Assembly (NCBI GenBank): GCA_951406725.2
Contig: OX597823.1
Coordinates: 38,440,001 to 38,504,000, forward strand
Direction of reading: 5' to 3'
Source: Octopus vulgaris
Lineage: Eukaryota
DNA: 64,000 bases
Below the pieces are notes generated by a model. That model saw nothing but the letters and a program-made list of their open reading frames with translations. It searched no databases and was not told the DNA's origin. This document shows positions 26,306-38,951 of this stretch, one piece after another. A program made the position numbers and the translations under genes. Positions within the stretch are counted from its first letter, which is position 1; every line of letters starts with the position of its first letter.

Positions 26306-28380
26306 ACTTATGTTTACATGTTCTTTTTTTTCTTTTTTAAAGTTAGTTTCATCGATTTATGGCTATATAAGTAAATATTAGCTCTATTTCAGTTTCATCT
26401 CAATGATTTTGTATGTCAAAAAAGATCTCATACCAGATCTTTATATAGGTTTCTCACAGCATTAAACCAGGACCTAAATAAGCTATTGAGTATCATTTGA
26501 TATTAAAGGAGAGACTTGGGCACCATATTTATCTTTCATTATTTACCAAAGCAATGTATATAGGTGTTTACTTATATTCTAGTGCAATGAAAGGCTACAA
26601 TTTGACTATTGAATTATCAAACATAAATTGTTTCATACTTGTTATTACTGATAATAATAAATAAAGGAGTTAAGTTTATGGAAATTGATTGATTGTCTTT
26701 TTATCCCTTCCTAAAAGATAGGCAATCAATAATCATGGCTTGTATTCTTTTGCAATTTATGGTACTTTCATGTTATTGATTCACTCCTTAATTAAATCAG
26801 TCTCAGTATGGTAGAGCCATGTAGTTGAAGCTGGTAAACAATTTCCTTGAGAAACAAATAAGATATTATTTTAAAGGAAAATAATAACAAAAACTAATGA
26901 AGATAAAATGTTGGATTAAAATCACCAGTTCAGTACACTGAGTATTTACTTTTTATCAATGTATTTTATTTTCTTCTACATAAAAATTATAGCTTTGTGG
27001 TTAAGATGTTAATTTTGCTATCATATGATGTGATTGGGCTTACTTGGACAAGTGTGTTTTTTTTTATTGTCCTGCATGTGCCATATCCTTGCAAGTGCTG
27101 AAGCCCATGGGAGGTATATATTGTGTGTGTGTATGTGTGTGTGTGTGTGTCTGAGTGAGTGTGTGTGTGCGTGTGTGTGTGCATGCATGCACATGCACAC
27201 ATTAACAGTTCATGGTACCACCAATAAAAGGATTGAGCAAAAACATCTTGTGATATTACCCCTTACCTTCATGTTGTGTTCCTTTACACCTATTGCACCC
27301 TTGTCTTTCATTTCTTGGGGTTGATACCAGAAAAGTGGTAGATATAAATGCTAAAAGCCTTAAAAGTGCTACAACTCCTGTAGTGAAATGATAAAATACT
27401 ACTATTGTAAAAAGAGACAATAGTCATGTGCAAAAGATACTTTTAGACACTTAAAATCTGTTGCAGATTGATTCTTTGTGTATCTAGACAAGGCTCTTCA
27501 TTCTATATAACACAGTTGATATAACTTTAAAAAATAGGTAGTAAATCATCTAGGAGTGTTACATAGTCTAACATTTTATCCAGGAGACTTTCCTACTTTG
27601 TACTTGAATTTGGTGTAAAAAATTGGAGCCTCTTTTATACTTGATAGACATCTTACTATTCACTTTTAATGTAGCTACTTCATAGTATTAAAACAAACAT
27701 AAATTCCAAAAATTTATATAAAATTTTCTAAATTTGCATTAATCATCCCACCTATGTTGGAGAACACAGATGTTACAAATGAAAATGTGTCAATAATCTT
27801 TTTCTAAGCTGCATCACCAACTTTTACTTGGGTTGGATACTAATTGGCTAACTTTTATATATTAACTCTTATTTTCTTATATATTACTGTTATTTATTTT
27901 ATCAACCACAAAAAAAAAAAAAGGAAAAGCAGAATTGACCTTGGCAGGATTTGAACTTAGAATCCTGGCAGGATTCAAACTCAGAAAGTATTTGGTTTGG
28001 TATTCTACAGTTTCTGCTCCATCTCACCACTATTTTTTTTGAAGATGAGAATAAACACTGCTTGTTAGCAGTGTTTATTCTCATGAATTTTGGCTTTAGT
28101 AGCCCATGCTCTTAACCACTATGCCATATGCCCATTCTTCGAAGAAAGGTGTGGTTATAATGACAATTATGATGATGACAGTGATGATAGACAATAAAAC
28201 AATGATACCTACAATAAGAATGCTTTAAATTGTTAATTATTATAATGAAAAACATGAGCATAAATTCTTTAATATTCTTAAAATTTCTTTCCCTTGCTAA
28301 TAAAAGCTGTTTTCTGTTTATTCTGTCATTAATAATTGTTACTGTATCCTCTGCTTATGTAATCTAACAACTTCAGTTCT

Positions 28381-28534
28381 TATTTACATTATTTACAATT
28401 GATGGATATTTGTCCTCAGCTTGTTTGTTGTTAACACGTTTCGACTGATATACCCTCCAGCTTTCATCAGGTTTGTTGGGGAAATTTCGAACCTGGGTTC
28501 TCATTCCTAAGGTTATTTTTTGATGTTGTTGTTA

Positions 28535-28576
<42 letters not shown>

Positions 28577-28660
28577 TCACTGCCTGAACGGGCATATGGC
28601 ATAGTAGTTAAGAGCGTGGGCTACTAACCCCAAGATTCAGAGTTCGATTCCAGGCAGTGA

Positions 28661-28705
<45 letters not shown>

Positions 28706-28782
28706 CAACATCGAAAAATACCTTAGAACTTGGAATCTTGGGGTTAGTAGCCCATGCTCTTAACCACTATGCCATATACCCG
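28381..28782 (-). mobile_element. tRNA-headed short element with (AAT)n spacer, hammerhead-like core and a nested inverted self-copy (28588-28726, +)
   Basis: The + copy shows A box TGGCATAGTAGTTAAG, CT-ACT-AA loop and B box GAGTTCGATTCC. The minus host continues to CTGATGA..GAAAC (28470-28438) and a gtaaataatgtaaataa tail. Confidence 0.7.
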
Positions 28783-31474
28783 TTCTTCCAAGAAAGGTGT
28801 GGTTATAATGACAATTATGATGATGACAGTGATGATAGGCAATAAAACACATTGTTTCTTGAAATCACTGCCTAAACAATCCTTCAAGGTTTTACTATTT
28901 CCAGTAGCTTCTGGAAGTCTCTATAAGGTTGCTTGATCTGAGAGCATTGTTTCAAAAATGGAATTGTATATTATGTAATCATAGTTAAGTATCTCTTGAG
29001 AAAATGAGAGGAAATGGTCATAGTGTGAGTACTGTTGATCATAGGTTTACTGACCTAGGACTTACAAAAAAAAAAACAACTTACATTCTCAACATTGCCT
29101 AAACTTGTATAAGGTGGCTTGGGATTTATTAGAATAAAGTATTTCAGTCCTCAACAGTTGACTATTTCCAGAGCCCAGAGTATTTCACTGTGAAACTTGT
29201 TTCTCTCTTTGGGGAAACTGCACTTCCTTTGATCACTGGCATCCTGATCGATAAACCAGATCAATAAACTGTTTTATATTGAAACTCTTCATCCTCTCTT
29301 TCATTGTGTTTCTGTTCTATTTCTGCCTCTTCTGCTGTTGCTGTAATGGACTTTGACCTTCACAACATTGCAACCTCTACATAATCCACAAATAAGTTAC
29401 CTGTTGTATACAACACTCTTCTCATCTATACCATACAAATTTTCCTTTGGTTCAAAACTGTTTTAATGGATCTCTTTCCTTCTTCACAGTTTGTACAGTA
29501 GACAAATCACCAAATCTTTCATCAAAACAATAACTGTCAAAATCTTACCTATATCTTCTAATTTGGCAACCCCACCAACTGATTATGGTAATGTTCATCA
29601 TTTGATGGGTTTGTTAAAAAAGATCCAAGACAGTATATATTAATCTTAATTCTGTTGTTTAGTTTTGTTTATATATTTATATATACTCTTACAATACTGT
29701 AAGTTATTTAAAATAAAATGGCTGTGTGGTTAAGAAGTTTGATTCTCAACCACATGATTTCAGGTTCAGTCCTGCATGATACCCTGTATAAATCTCTTCT
29801 GTTATAGGTCTGGGCTAACGAAAGTCTCCTAAGTAGATTTGGTCTTTGCTAACCAAAATCTTCTAAGTAGAAACAGAAAAGAAACTTGTTATCTGCCCGT
29901 CCGTCCGTCTGTCTGTCTGTCCATCCATCTTTCTACTGATTGATGTATCTGTGTGTGTGTGTGTGTGTGTGTGCACATGTGTGTGTCTGTATTTGTTTTT
30001 ATTTGCACTCACTTATTTGTAAGATATGACATTTGAATAGTATTGCTGGCACTTCTGTCAATAACTTATTGGCTTGTTTCATACCTTAAAAACCATGTGG
30101 AATACGACCCCTTACTTGAAAAATAGATAAGGGTTGGCTTCAGAAAGGTCATCCAGCTGTAAAAAATGTTTTTATAGGCTATTTTTCTAACCCATGCTAG
30201 CAATAAACATAAGCAATAAAACCAAGTGAACTCATATGCCTATATAAGAAATATCATTGGGAGATAAAAGAAAATAGAGATATATGCATGAAGATAACTA
30301 AAAGACAAAAAGACTCTTTCAAAAATCTCGTGTCACAATTTCAAAAATGTTTAATCAATTAATTTTGTTATCTAATAATTAAGATGATAAACACAATCTA
30401 TTGCTTATGGCAAATTTGATGCTATATTAGTACACTCATGATTGCTTTGTTGAATAATGGCACTTTTGTTTGATGACTGGTAAACTACTAATAAAATGAT
30501 CATTTTTTTTATGCTGTTGAAAATGATGTAAACATATGCTTGTTATTTATTCAAGTATACATGAATTTGTGTAATATTACATATCAGTGCAATATATTAA
30601 AACAGTAAAATTAAAATTAGAAAACTCTGGGTGGTACATGGTGAAAAGTTTTGGAACAGTAGTTTTGTTGTAGGCTGGATTATCATTATCATCATCATCA
30701 CGTCCATATTCCATGTTAGCAAGGATTAGATAGATTGACAAGATTTGATTGGTCGGAGGGCTGCATCATATTCCACTGTCTGCTTTGGCATGGTTTCTAT
30801 GGCTGGATACTCTTTCTAACATCAATCACTTTGCAATGCATACTGGGTGCTTTTTTTATGGCATCAATACCAGTGAGGTTGCCATACAGCGTGCAAGAAA
30901 ATTCCCTCTGAGTGAATGAGTCTACAGTAGAGAGGGAAGCAGTTTTATGCTTGGAGAAAAGGGGTTTATTAATGAGAGAAAGAACTGTAACAGGACAGGT
31001 TTCTTGCTGTAGAGAAGCAACATGGTTACTCACATTATGGAAGAAAGGGTGGAGCGACAGGGCTAGAACTGAAGAAAAATGAAATAGTGGTGATGAAGTG
31101 TCAGGATGGAGCTTCAAAGTACAAAATGAGAAGGAGTGGGTGCAGAAGAATTGAGAATATGTAGGGAAGTGGTTGTGTATATGAGAGAGAGAGAGAGAGA
31201 GAAATGGGCAAGGTAGGGATGAGTAGGTGACAACTGCAAAAACTGCGTAAGATTGAGGAGTTGATGTAGTGAATGGTGGATAAGGGGTAGGAAGAAAAGA
31301 AAAATCATCTTTATGATTTTGATGCTCATAACCACAATGTCCACAGACAAGCAATATAAGTTACACTGTAAGCCATGTTACAAATATGTCATATATATTG
31401 CACTACTTGCCCATAGTAGAGTGGATAAGTGTCAAATTCCTGCATGGAAAGCAGGAAGGTTCGAAAGTCTAGGC

Positions 31475-31707
31475 CTAGCCCTAGTATATATTTCTTTACT
31501 ACCCACAAACACAGAGGGGACAAACGAGGACAGACAAAGGGAATAAGTCGATTACATAGACTCCAGTGTGTAACTGGTACTTAATTTATCGACCCCGAAA
31601 GGATGAAAGGTAAAGTCGACCTCAGCGGAATTTGAACTTGGAACGTAACGACAGATGAAATATGGCTACGCATTTTGCCTGGCATGCTAACGTTTCTGCC
31701 AGCTCGC
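31475..31707 (-). mobile_element. Young tRNA-derived SINE with probable TSD
   Basis: Same family as 8718-8935, CpG-intact. cctagccctagtatat occurs on both sides (~31474-31489 and ~31706-31721). Confidence 0.85.
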
Positions 31708-31841
31708 CTAGCCCTAGTATATGTGCCCACACATACGCGCATATGCATACACACATGTAGTACATTTACAAGGAAAAGGTTGGCAGTTAAGTTGAAGTTC
31801 TACTTAGATGGAAACAAAACCATTTAAAACATTATTTTATG

Positions 31842-33665
31842 ACTGGGGAGAGTCATTCTCTTTTAGTACCTTATTATTTAACACACTCACTGGTAAAGTT
31901 TCCACTCATTTATTTATTTTTCCTAAAATTTTCATTTCATCTTGCAACCTTTTCAATAATCATTGCCTCTGTCCGTTATCTGAGCTACATTCTTTTTGTT
32001 TGTTTGTGCATGTGTGTGAGTCAGTGTATGTGCACATACACATGTATGTATGTATTATGTATGCATGCATTTAAGTGTGTGTATGTATGTGTGTGTGTGT
32101 GCATATATATGTATGTATGTGTGTACATTTGTATGTATGTATTCTGCATATTCATGTTTGTGTTTGTGTGTTTTTATGTGTATGTGTGTGTTTTCATGTG
32201 TGTGTACCTCTGTCTCCTTGTGTGTGCATGTCTGTGTGTGTATAGATTTTTGTGACTATGTACTGTCTGTATGTATGGATGTGTATCTCCATATGTGTGG
32301 ATGTGTGTCTCCGTATGTGCCCTTGTGTCAAGTGAAGTGAGTGTGTATATGGTCATGTGTTTCAGTCTTCATTTGCATTTGTGTGTGTAAATGTGCTTGT
32401 CTGTTCATATTACCTATGTACCTATGTCTATCTGTTTACATTCATATCTATTTGTATACATACATGTGCATATACATACATGTACACACACACACATATC
32501 TACATAACAGCCCACTAACTATTCTATCTGTATATAGATATAAACTGCAGGTATGGGGGGTATGATCATGTACTACGTATATTTCCTATTTAGTACTGGG
32601 GAGGTTTCATTTATGAGGACGTACACATGTGCATATACAAAAAAGTAAACACACACACATCTACATGTGGATGTCAGGTTGACCCAGGTTGCCCCCATGT
32701 TGGCCCTTGGTATGTTGATAGAGAATGGAGAACTGTTTTTTGTCATCTTATTTTCTCAAATGTTCATGTAGTCTTTCTGCAATGCTCCTAGACTAAATGA
32801 ACATTTAAGACAATATGACAACAAAAAATAGTCCTCCATACTCTATCAACATACCAAGGGCCAACATGGAGGCAACCTGGGTCAACTTGACATCCGCATT
32901 TTATCCAAGCACCCAAAGGACAAAAACCTCAGACAAATACAGGATCACATCCTCATAAATGAAACATACCCTGTACTACATAGAAAATATACATAGTAGG
33001 TAATCATACCTCCATACCCACAGTTTATATTTATATACAGGTAGAATAGTTAGTGGGCTGTTATGTAGATATGAGTGTGTTTACTTTTTTGTATATGCAC
33101 ATGTGTAGGCAAATGAATATGAATGTAATCAGATAGATTTTCAGATGGATAGGTACATAGGTTAATATGAACAGACAAGCACACATACACACACACTTCA
33201 CTTCACACAAGGACACATATGGAGACACACATCTATACATATGGAGACACACATCCATACATACAGACACAGTACATTGTCACATACAAACACATACAAA
33301 CACACACACACACAAACACACAAACACAATTGCATGAATATACAGAATACATACATACAAACACACACACACACATACATATTTACATATGCACACACAC
33401 ATACATGCATACACACACTTGCGTACATACATACATACATACATGCGCATGCACACACACTGACCCACACACACGCGCACAAACAAACAAAAAGTACACA
33501 GCTCAGATAACAGACAGAGTCAATGACTATTGAAAAGGTTGCAAGATGCAATGAAAATTTGAGGAAAAATAAATAATTGAGAGGAAACTTTACCAGTGAG
33601 GCACTAAAAGAGAATGACTCTCCCCAGACAACAAAATATGCTTCAACACACGAACTCAATCCAAA
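31842..33665. mobile_element. Head-to-head inverted pair of Penelope-like element 3' ends (palindrome, ~15-nt spacer at 32775-32789)
   Basis: Arms are reverse-complementary block by block. 32790-32996 (+) translates RLNEHLRQYDNKK*SSILYQHTKGQHGGNLGQLDIRILSKHPKDKNLRQIQDHILINETYPVLHRKYT*, resembling the C-terminal half of a Penelope GIY-YIG endonuclease. The left arm encodes the mirror ERLHEHLRK*..SILYQH. Confidence 0.75.
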
Positions 33666-34205
33666 AACGAAATTATTTTACGAGTTTTTTTTTAAACCAC
33701 AAGGTGAACAATACCCCCAAATTGTTCATCTCCCCAATTTAGGGAAGGTAATATGCCAAGGATACACTAAATCTTTGTGTTAATACTTTCTTTTCAGAGT
33801 ATGAAGAAGCAAAGCTGGAAGTGAATTTACTAAAAATTTTGAAAAACAATCGTAACTTTAAATGACAAAAGACCAATAAATGCTACAGTATATCAAATCA
33901 TTAATTCTGTTTGGTTAGAATATTTTCTTCACATTTCAGATTTAAGTAGTAGTTTTTTTATAATCAATTTAGTGTTAATTGACTTTTGATGAAAGGAGAT
34001 ATATTTATTTCAGAGGTGCACTGGCTAGACAAGTGATTTGATCTGAGACAGTGTGTTGAAACTAAAACAATTACACGATGAAAGACACATATTAACTATT
34101 CAAAAACACATAAAGACTTAATTTCACTTAAACATTTATTATTTATATATTTAATATATTGTATATTTAGTAAGTGATTAAAAATTATCTGTTTATATTT
34201 ATCAG

Positions 34206-34442
34206 GATGACAGTGATGAAAGTAACTCCTTGTCTGGATCCCATATTGAAGTTAATACAGTCTCAGGAAACCTTATCCAACATCCTAAACCAAGTCCAAA
34301 AAACCTTAAAAAAATCAAAGCAATTCAAGAATGGGAGATAATTAATGGATTGAAAGAGGGAGAGAAATGTGAAGAAAAACCAGAAAAATATCAGGGATAT
34401 TTACTTAAAAAACGAAAATGGCCCCTAAAAGGTTGGCATAAG
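34206..34442 (+). CDS. OSBPL6: Exon of oxysterol-binding protein-related protein (OSBPL3/6/7 group), start of PH domain
   Basis: Acceptor tttatcag, donor AAG|gtaggt, 237 nt, phase 0/0. Translates DDSDESNSLSGS..QEWEIINGLKEGEKCEEKPEKYQGYLLKKRKWPLKGWHK. WEI..GL and LKKRKWPLKGWHK are diagnostic of ORP3/6/7. The symbol is the nearest vertebrate name; one-to-one orthology is not established. Confidence 0.93.
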
Positions 34443-35981
34443 GTAGGTTAACTCTCTTTTATATCATTAGTTCTTTTGTTTAATTTATTTTCTTAAACCA
34501 TTCTTTCTTACATTTGGTATGAAGCCAAATTGGAAAATATAAATCTGTTTTCTCAAAAATCAGCTTTAATGTAATAAAGGCCAGTAAGGTAGCCTTTATG
34601 CAGTCACTTAATCTGCTAGAAATAACAGTCAAATCACTCAAACTACACTGCTATGTTTAAAAGAGGCTGTGTAATTCTACGTACACTATCAGAGTAAAAT
34701 GGGTTAATCATGGTTAAAAGAGTTTTGATCATTTGTCTGTTCAATCAAGGATGACCTGAACCAAATAAAAAACAGCTTTGTGATATATATGAGAATGTTC
34801 TAATGAAAAAATAATTAATGGATTTGTTTCTCAAAAACAACTTAGATAACATTAAGATTGTGCAGCCATAAATCTCACAATTATTTTAAAAGTAAAAAAT
34901 TATGTTTGTCATATACAAAATAAATACTTTAAAAATGAAAGAATTAATTTTTTTCTTATCTTTATCAAATCATTCTATGGTTATAATATTTTTTTAAATC
35001 ATACAAACATCTAAAACTGTCATATTTACAGTTATTTGATCATCAGGAAATACACATTAATTTTGAGTGCAAACTGGATAAACAATATCTGACAGTGGTT
35101 ATGTGTTAATGAGGTGAGAGAAAAATGTTGAAATTAAAAAAATAATTATATTTGTATTCTTAATGTAACACTGGTTCATAGTGTGAGTTTTTGGTAGCAA
35201 TAATGTGAAGAGAATTTCTCAAAACTGATTAAAGAATCTTTTTTTACTGATTTGTATTCATTGAAAATATTTTGACCAAATATGTATGGAATTAGCTGTA
35301 GAGTTAAATGATACTAAGAAGAAGAAAAAGAAGAAAACATCTTTATAGGCTATATGAAATAGTTACCTGCCATTTTTGAAGAATAACTTCAAACTTTCAA
35401 CTGTTATTATATGTGGTATTGTGAGATTAACTCAGTCTCACTTGCACACTTTTAAATATCTTAATTTATCTATATTTCTGAGAGAATTTTTTTTTTGTTA
35501 TATGAATAAAAATAAAATAACTTGTAGTTCACCAGTCATTATCATGTACTTACTATTCTCTAGTTTCTATGCCAATTTTCAATTACTGTGGATTTTTTAA
35601 CAATGAGTGGTAGCTTCTGATAGTTCATTCTAAAAATGAAGATGAACAATTACTTTTTTCCTTTATTGCACAAAAAGTTTTACTTTCGGTAAACTAAAAA
35701 TGCAGTTTCAATAAAAGAAAAAAAATTCAAAACTTCAAGAAAACAAAAACATTTTCAATAGAATATTAGGTGTTGCTTCTTCTAAAAGAGGACAGATGGA
35801 TAAAAATCAGCAATTGATTCTGTAATCAGAACAGGTACAATTTTAGGAAAATCAAAGCAAAAAACTTTGATTAACTGATTTACTGTAGAAAAGAACTAAC
35901 ATCCTTCTAGTTTGGAGTTGATATAGACCTTGAATGTTCTTCACTTATTAAGAAGGTAATCTGGTTGACTGAAGATATATA

Positions 35982-37100
35982 CAGGATGTCTCAAAATTAA
36001 GGCAACCAACTTTTTTTCAATTTTGCCAAAGCAAAATATTGTTATATTTTGGGCCCCAGAATTGCAATTATGACACTACCACATTTTTTTCAATATGACC
36101 ACCTCTGTTTCAAATCACAGCCTTAAATCTGGGTGCAAACGCTTCACATGTGGCATGCAGCTATTCTTGCAGAATCAAAGCCAATTCCTAGTGCAGTTTT
36201 GCCTTCAGAGCATCAAATGATGCATGAGGAGTGCTCAAGACACTTGTCTCCAAAATGGACCAAACAGAAAAATCCAACAGGTTGATATTGGGGCTTCTTG
36301 AGGGCCATAACATCCTTGCCTATGAACAATGTAATGTTTTTCTGAATTCAGTGTTATATCTGTTTGAAACTGTGGGATGGTGCCAAGTCCTGTTGGAGGC
36401 TCCATGATGCACTTTGAAAGGGCTTATTCACCCTTGGAAGCAGTTCAGCTTCCAGAATATCACTAATGTATTGTTGGGTATTAATTCTAATACATGAGGC
36501 ACAAAAGCGAGGGGAGACTTTCCAGTGTCTGTCACAGCTGCCTAAACCATAACTAACTGTGGATTTTGACGTCAATTTATGAGTCTACCCTCAGTGGAGC
36601 CAGATACACTCCGAAGTTGGTCATTCTGGTGGTTTACTGTCTGTTGAATGTCAGTTTTCTTTTAATCAATGAACACCAGGTTGGGCAGCATGCCCTCAGC
36701 CATCTGATACAGGATAAGAAGACTTCTCCAGTCTCATGGCCTTATAAACTTCCATGATCTCATGATGGTGAATCATCTTGTAGTGGTGGGTCCTGAGATC
36801 CACCTTCAGCACTCTATACATCGATGTTCAGCTAATTTTTGCTGTGGCAGCCAGTATTCTGATGGAATGACAAGGATTTCACCATATCTTTTCTTCGGTA
36901 CTTTTGATAAGCTGATGGGTCTGCACATTTCTTTTTTGGCCACGTCCTGTTTGATCAGCAGTGGAGCTAGTCATTTGAAATTTCTGCAATTTTCCAGACT
37001 GTTGTTCAGTTAATTTTAAGCTTTTTTGTTAGAGCTGTATTACTTTTGCCTCCTTTGTGGAGGGCTATGATTGTATTTCAGTCTATAGCTGTTATCTAAT
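35982..37100 (-). mobile_element. Decayed maT/Tc1-like transposon
   Basis: TA-CAGGATGTCTCAAAA terminus. Minus strand has QYISDILEAELLP, LQQDLAPSH, WPSRSPNINLLDFSVWSILE and NRGGHIE. The other TIR was not found. Confidence 0.8.
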
Positions 37101-37186
37101 TTTTAAATCTGAATTAATTTAGTCTGAAATCAAAAGAAGACACTAAGCTTTTATAATAATGTATAATTTTTTATATCTTATTACAT

Positions 37187-37468
37187 CTGGGTCAAGAGGG
37201 TGGCTTCTGGAAGACTCTATGTCTGGCAACAGGATTCTGCATCATGCCACACTAATAGGAGAACCTAGTCATGGCTGTCAGACAATTTCTGCAACCTCAT
37301 CACTCCCCAAACTGCAACCACATAACTCCCCAGACTGCAACCCCCTTGATTATTATGTGTGGGGCGCACTTGACCAACAAAACTACTTGTAGCACCAAAG
37401 ATGAAGTGAAGGCAAGGATTATGGCAGCATTCACCAACTTAAACAAGGGGACTGTCCAGAAGAATTGC
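37187..37468 (+). mobile_element. Fragment of a second maT-like (DD37D) transposase
   Basis: WQQDSASCH..NSPDCNPLDYYVWG..TKDEVKARIMAAFTNLNK; inverse homolog of 37680-37965. Confidence 0.8.
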
Positions 37469-37496
37469 AGTATATATATATATACACACACACACA

Positions 37497-38185
37497 AGTT
37501 GCAGTGAATAAACTGTCGTCTAAATTATGCAAAAATGAATGTAACACTGACATCTCATTTTAACAGATATATTTACCAAATTCACATAAAAATATCTTGA
37601 AATACTAAAGAGTAAATTTATTCAACAAAATCCCTATTGGGTTCAACCACAGCCACCAGATGACTTCAGAATCTCCTGCACTTCTTCTGGATGGTCTCCT
37701 TGTCTAAGTTGGTGAATGCTGCCATAATCCTTGCCTTCAGTTCATCTTTGGTGTTACAAGGAGCTTTGTTGGTCTTTCATTCAGCTGTGCCTCACACATG
37801 ACAATCAAGGGGGTTGCAGTCTGGTGAGTTAGGTGGTCAGATGTTAGAGGTGTTGTGGTTGCAAAAATTGTCTGACAGCTGTGATTGGGTTCTCCTGCTT
37901 GTGAGGCATGGTGCAGACTTCTATTGCCAGACATAGGGTTTTCCAACAGCCACCCTCTTGACTCAAGGCAGTACTGCCTTCTCCAGGCTCTTGATGTAGG
38001 CCTTTGTGTTGAGTCTGAGACTGTGTGGAAAGACAAATAGAGGCATAACATCACCATCACTAGTGATCACTCCAAACACCATGATGTTGACTGGATGTTT
38101 GATTTTCATCACTCTCGGTACATGTTTGGGGACATGGCAAGCCTCAGATTGACACCCAAACACTCTGAAATCTTCATATTGGAGC
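37497..38185 (-). mobile_element. 3' part of a maT-like (DD37D) transposon
   Basis: [32 protein letters not shown]. In WQ*(K)SAPC..NSPDCNPLD I count 37 residues between the catalytic positions. Confidence 0.8.
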
Positions 38186-38219
38186 TTATATATGTGTATA
38201 TATATATATATATATACAT

Positions 38220-38294
<75 letters not shown>

Positions 38295-38835
38295 TATATA
38301 TATATATATACACATATATATATACACACACATATATATATATACACACACATATATATATATATACACACATATATATATCATCATCATTTAGCGTCCG
38401 TTTTCCATGCTAGCATGGGTTGGACGGTTCAACTGGGATCTGTGAAGCCAGAAGGCTGCATCAGGCCCAGTCTGATCTGGCAGTGTTCCTACGGCTGGAT
38501 GCCCTTCCTAACGCCAACCACTCCGTGAGTGTAGTGGGTGCTTTTTACATGCCACCAGCACAGGTGCCAGACGGAGCTAGCACACGGCCATGAACGGATG
38601 GTGCTTTTACATGCCTCATCATTTAGCGTCCGTTTTCCATGCAAGCATGGGTTGGACGGTTCAACTGGGGTCTGTGAAGCCAGAAGGCTGCATCAGGCCC
38701 AGTCTGATCTGGCAGTGTTTCTACGGCTGGATGCCCTTCCTAACGCCAACCACTCCGTGAGTGTAGTAGGTGCTTTTTACATGCCACCCGCACAGGTGCC
38801 AGACGGAGCTGGCACACGGCCACGAACGGATGGTG

Positions 38836-38904
<69 letters not shown>

Positions 38905-38951
38905 TATATGTATATATATATATATATATACACACACACATATATATATAT
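38186..38951. repeat. Two tandem ~233-bp SINE-like copies (38381-38613, 38616-38838; minus strand) embedded in (TA)/(CA) microsatellite
   Basis: Near-identical units starting tcatcatttagcgtccgttttccatgc, with microsatellite on both sides. Confidence 0.9.

Noticed and set aside
28590-28665. Functional tRNA gene (ACT loop)
   Set aside because: The acceptor stem does not pair well and the sequence runs into (AAT)n element body; treated as a SINE head.
30797-31354. 185-aa minus-strand ORF (similar ones at 41366-42022 and 56206-56550)
   Set aside because: Low-complexity purine/pyrimidine-skewed tracts attached to SINE-like repeats; no domain.
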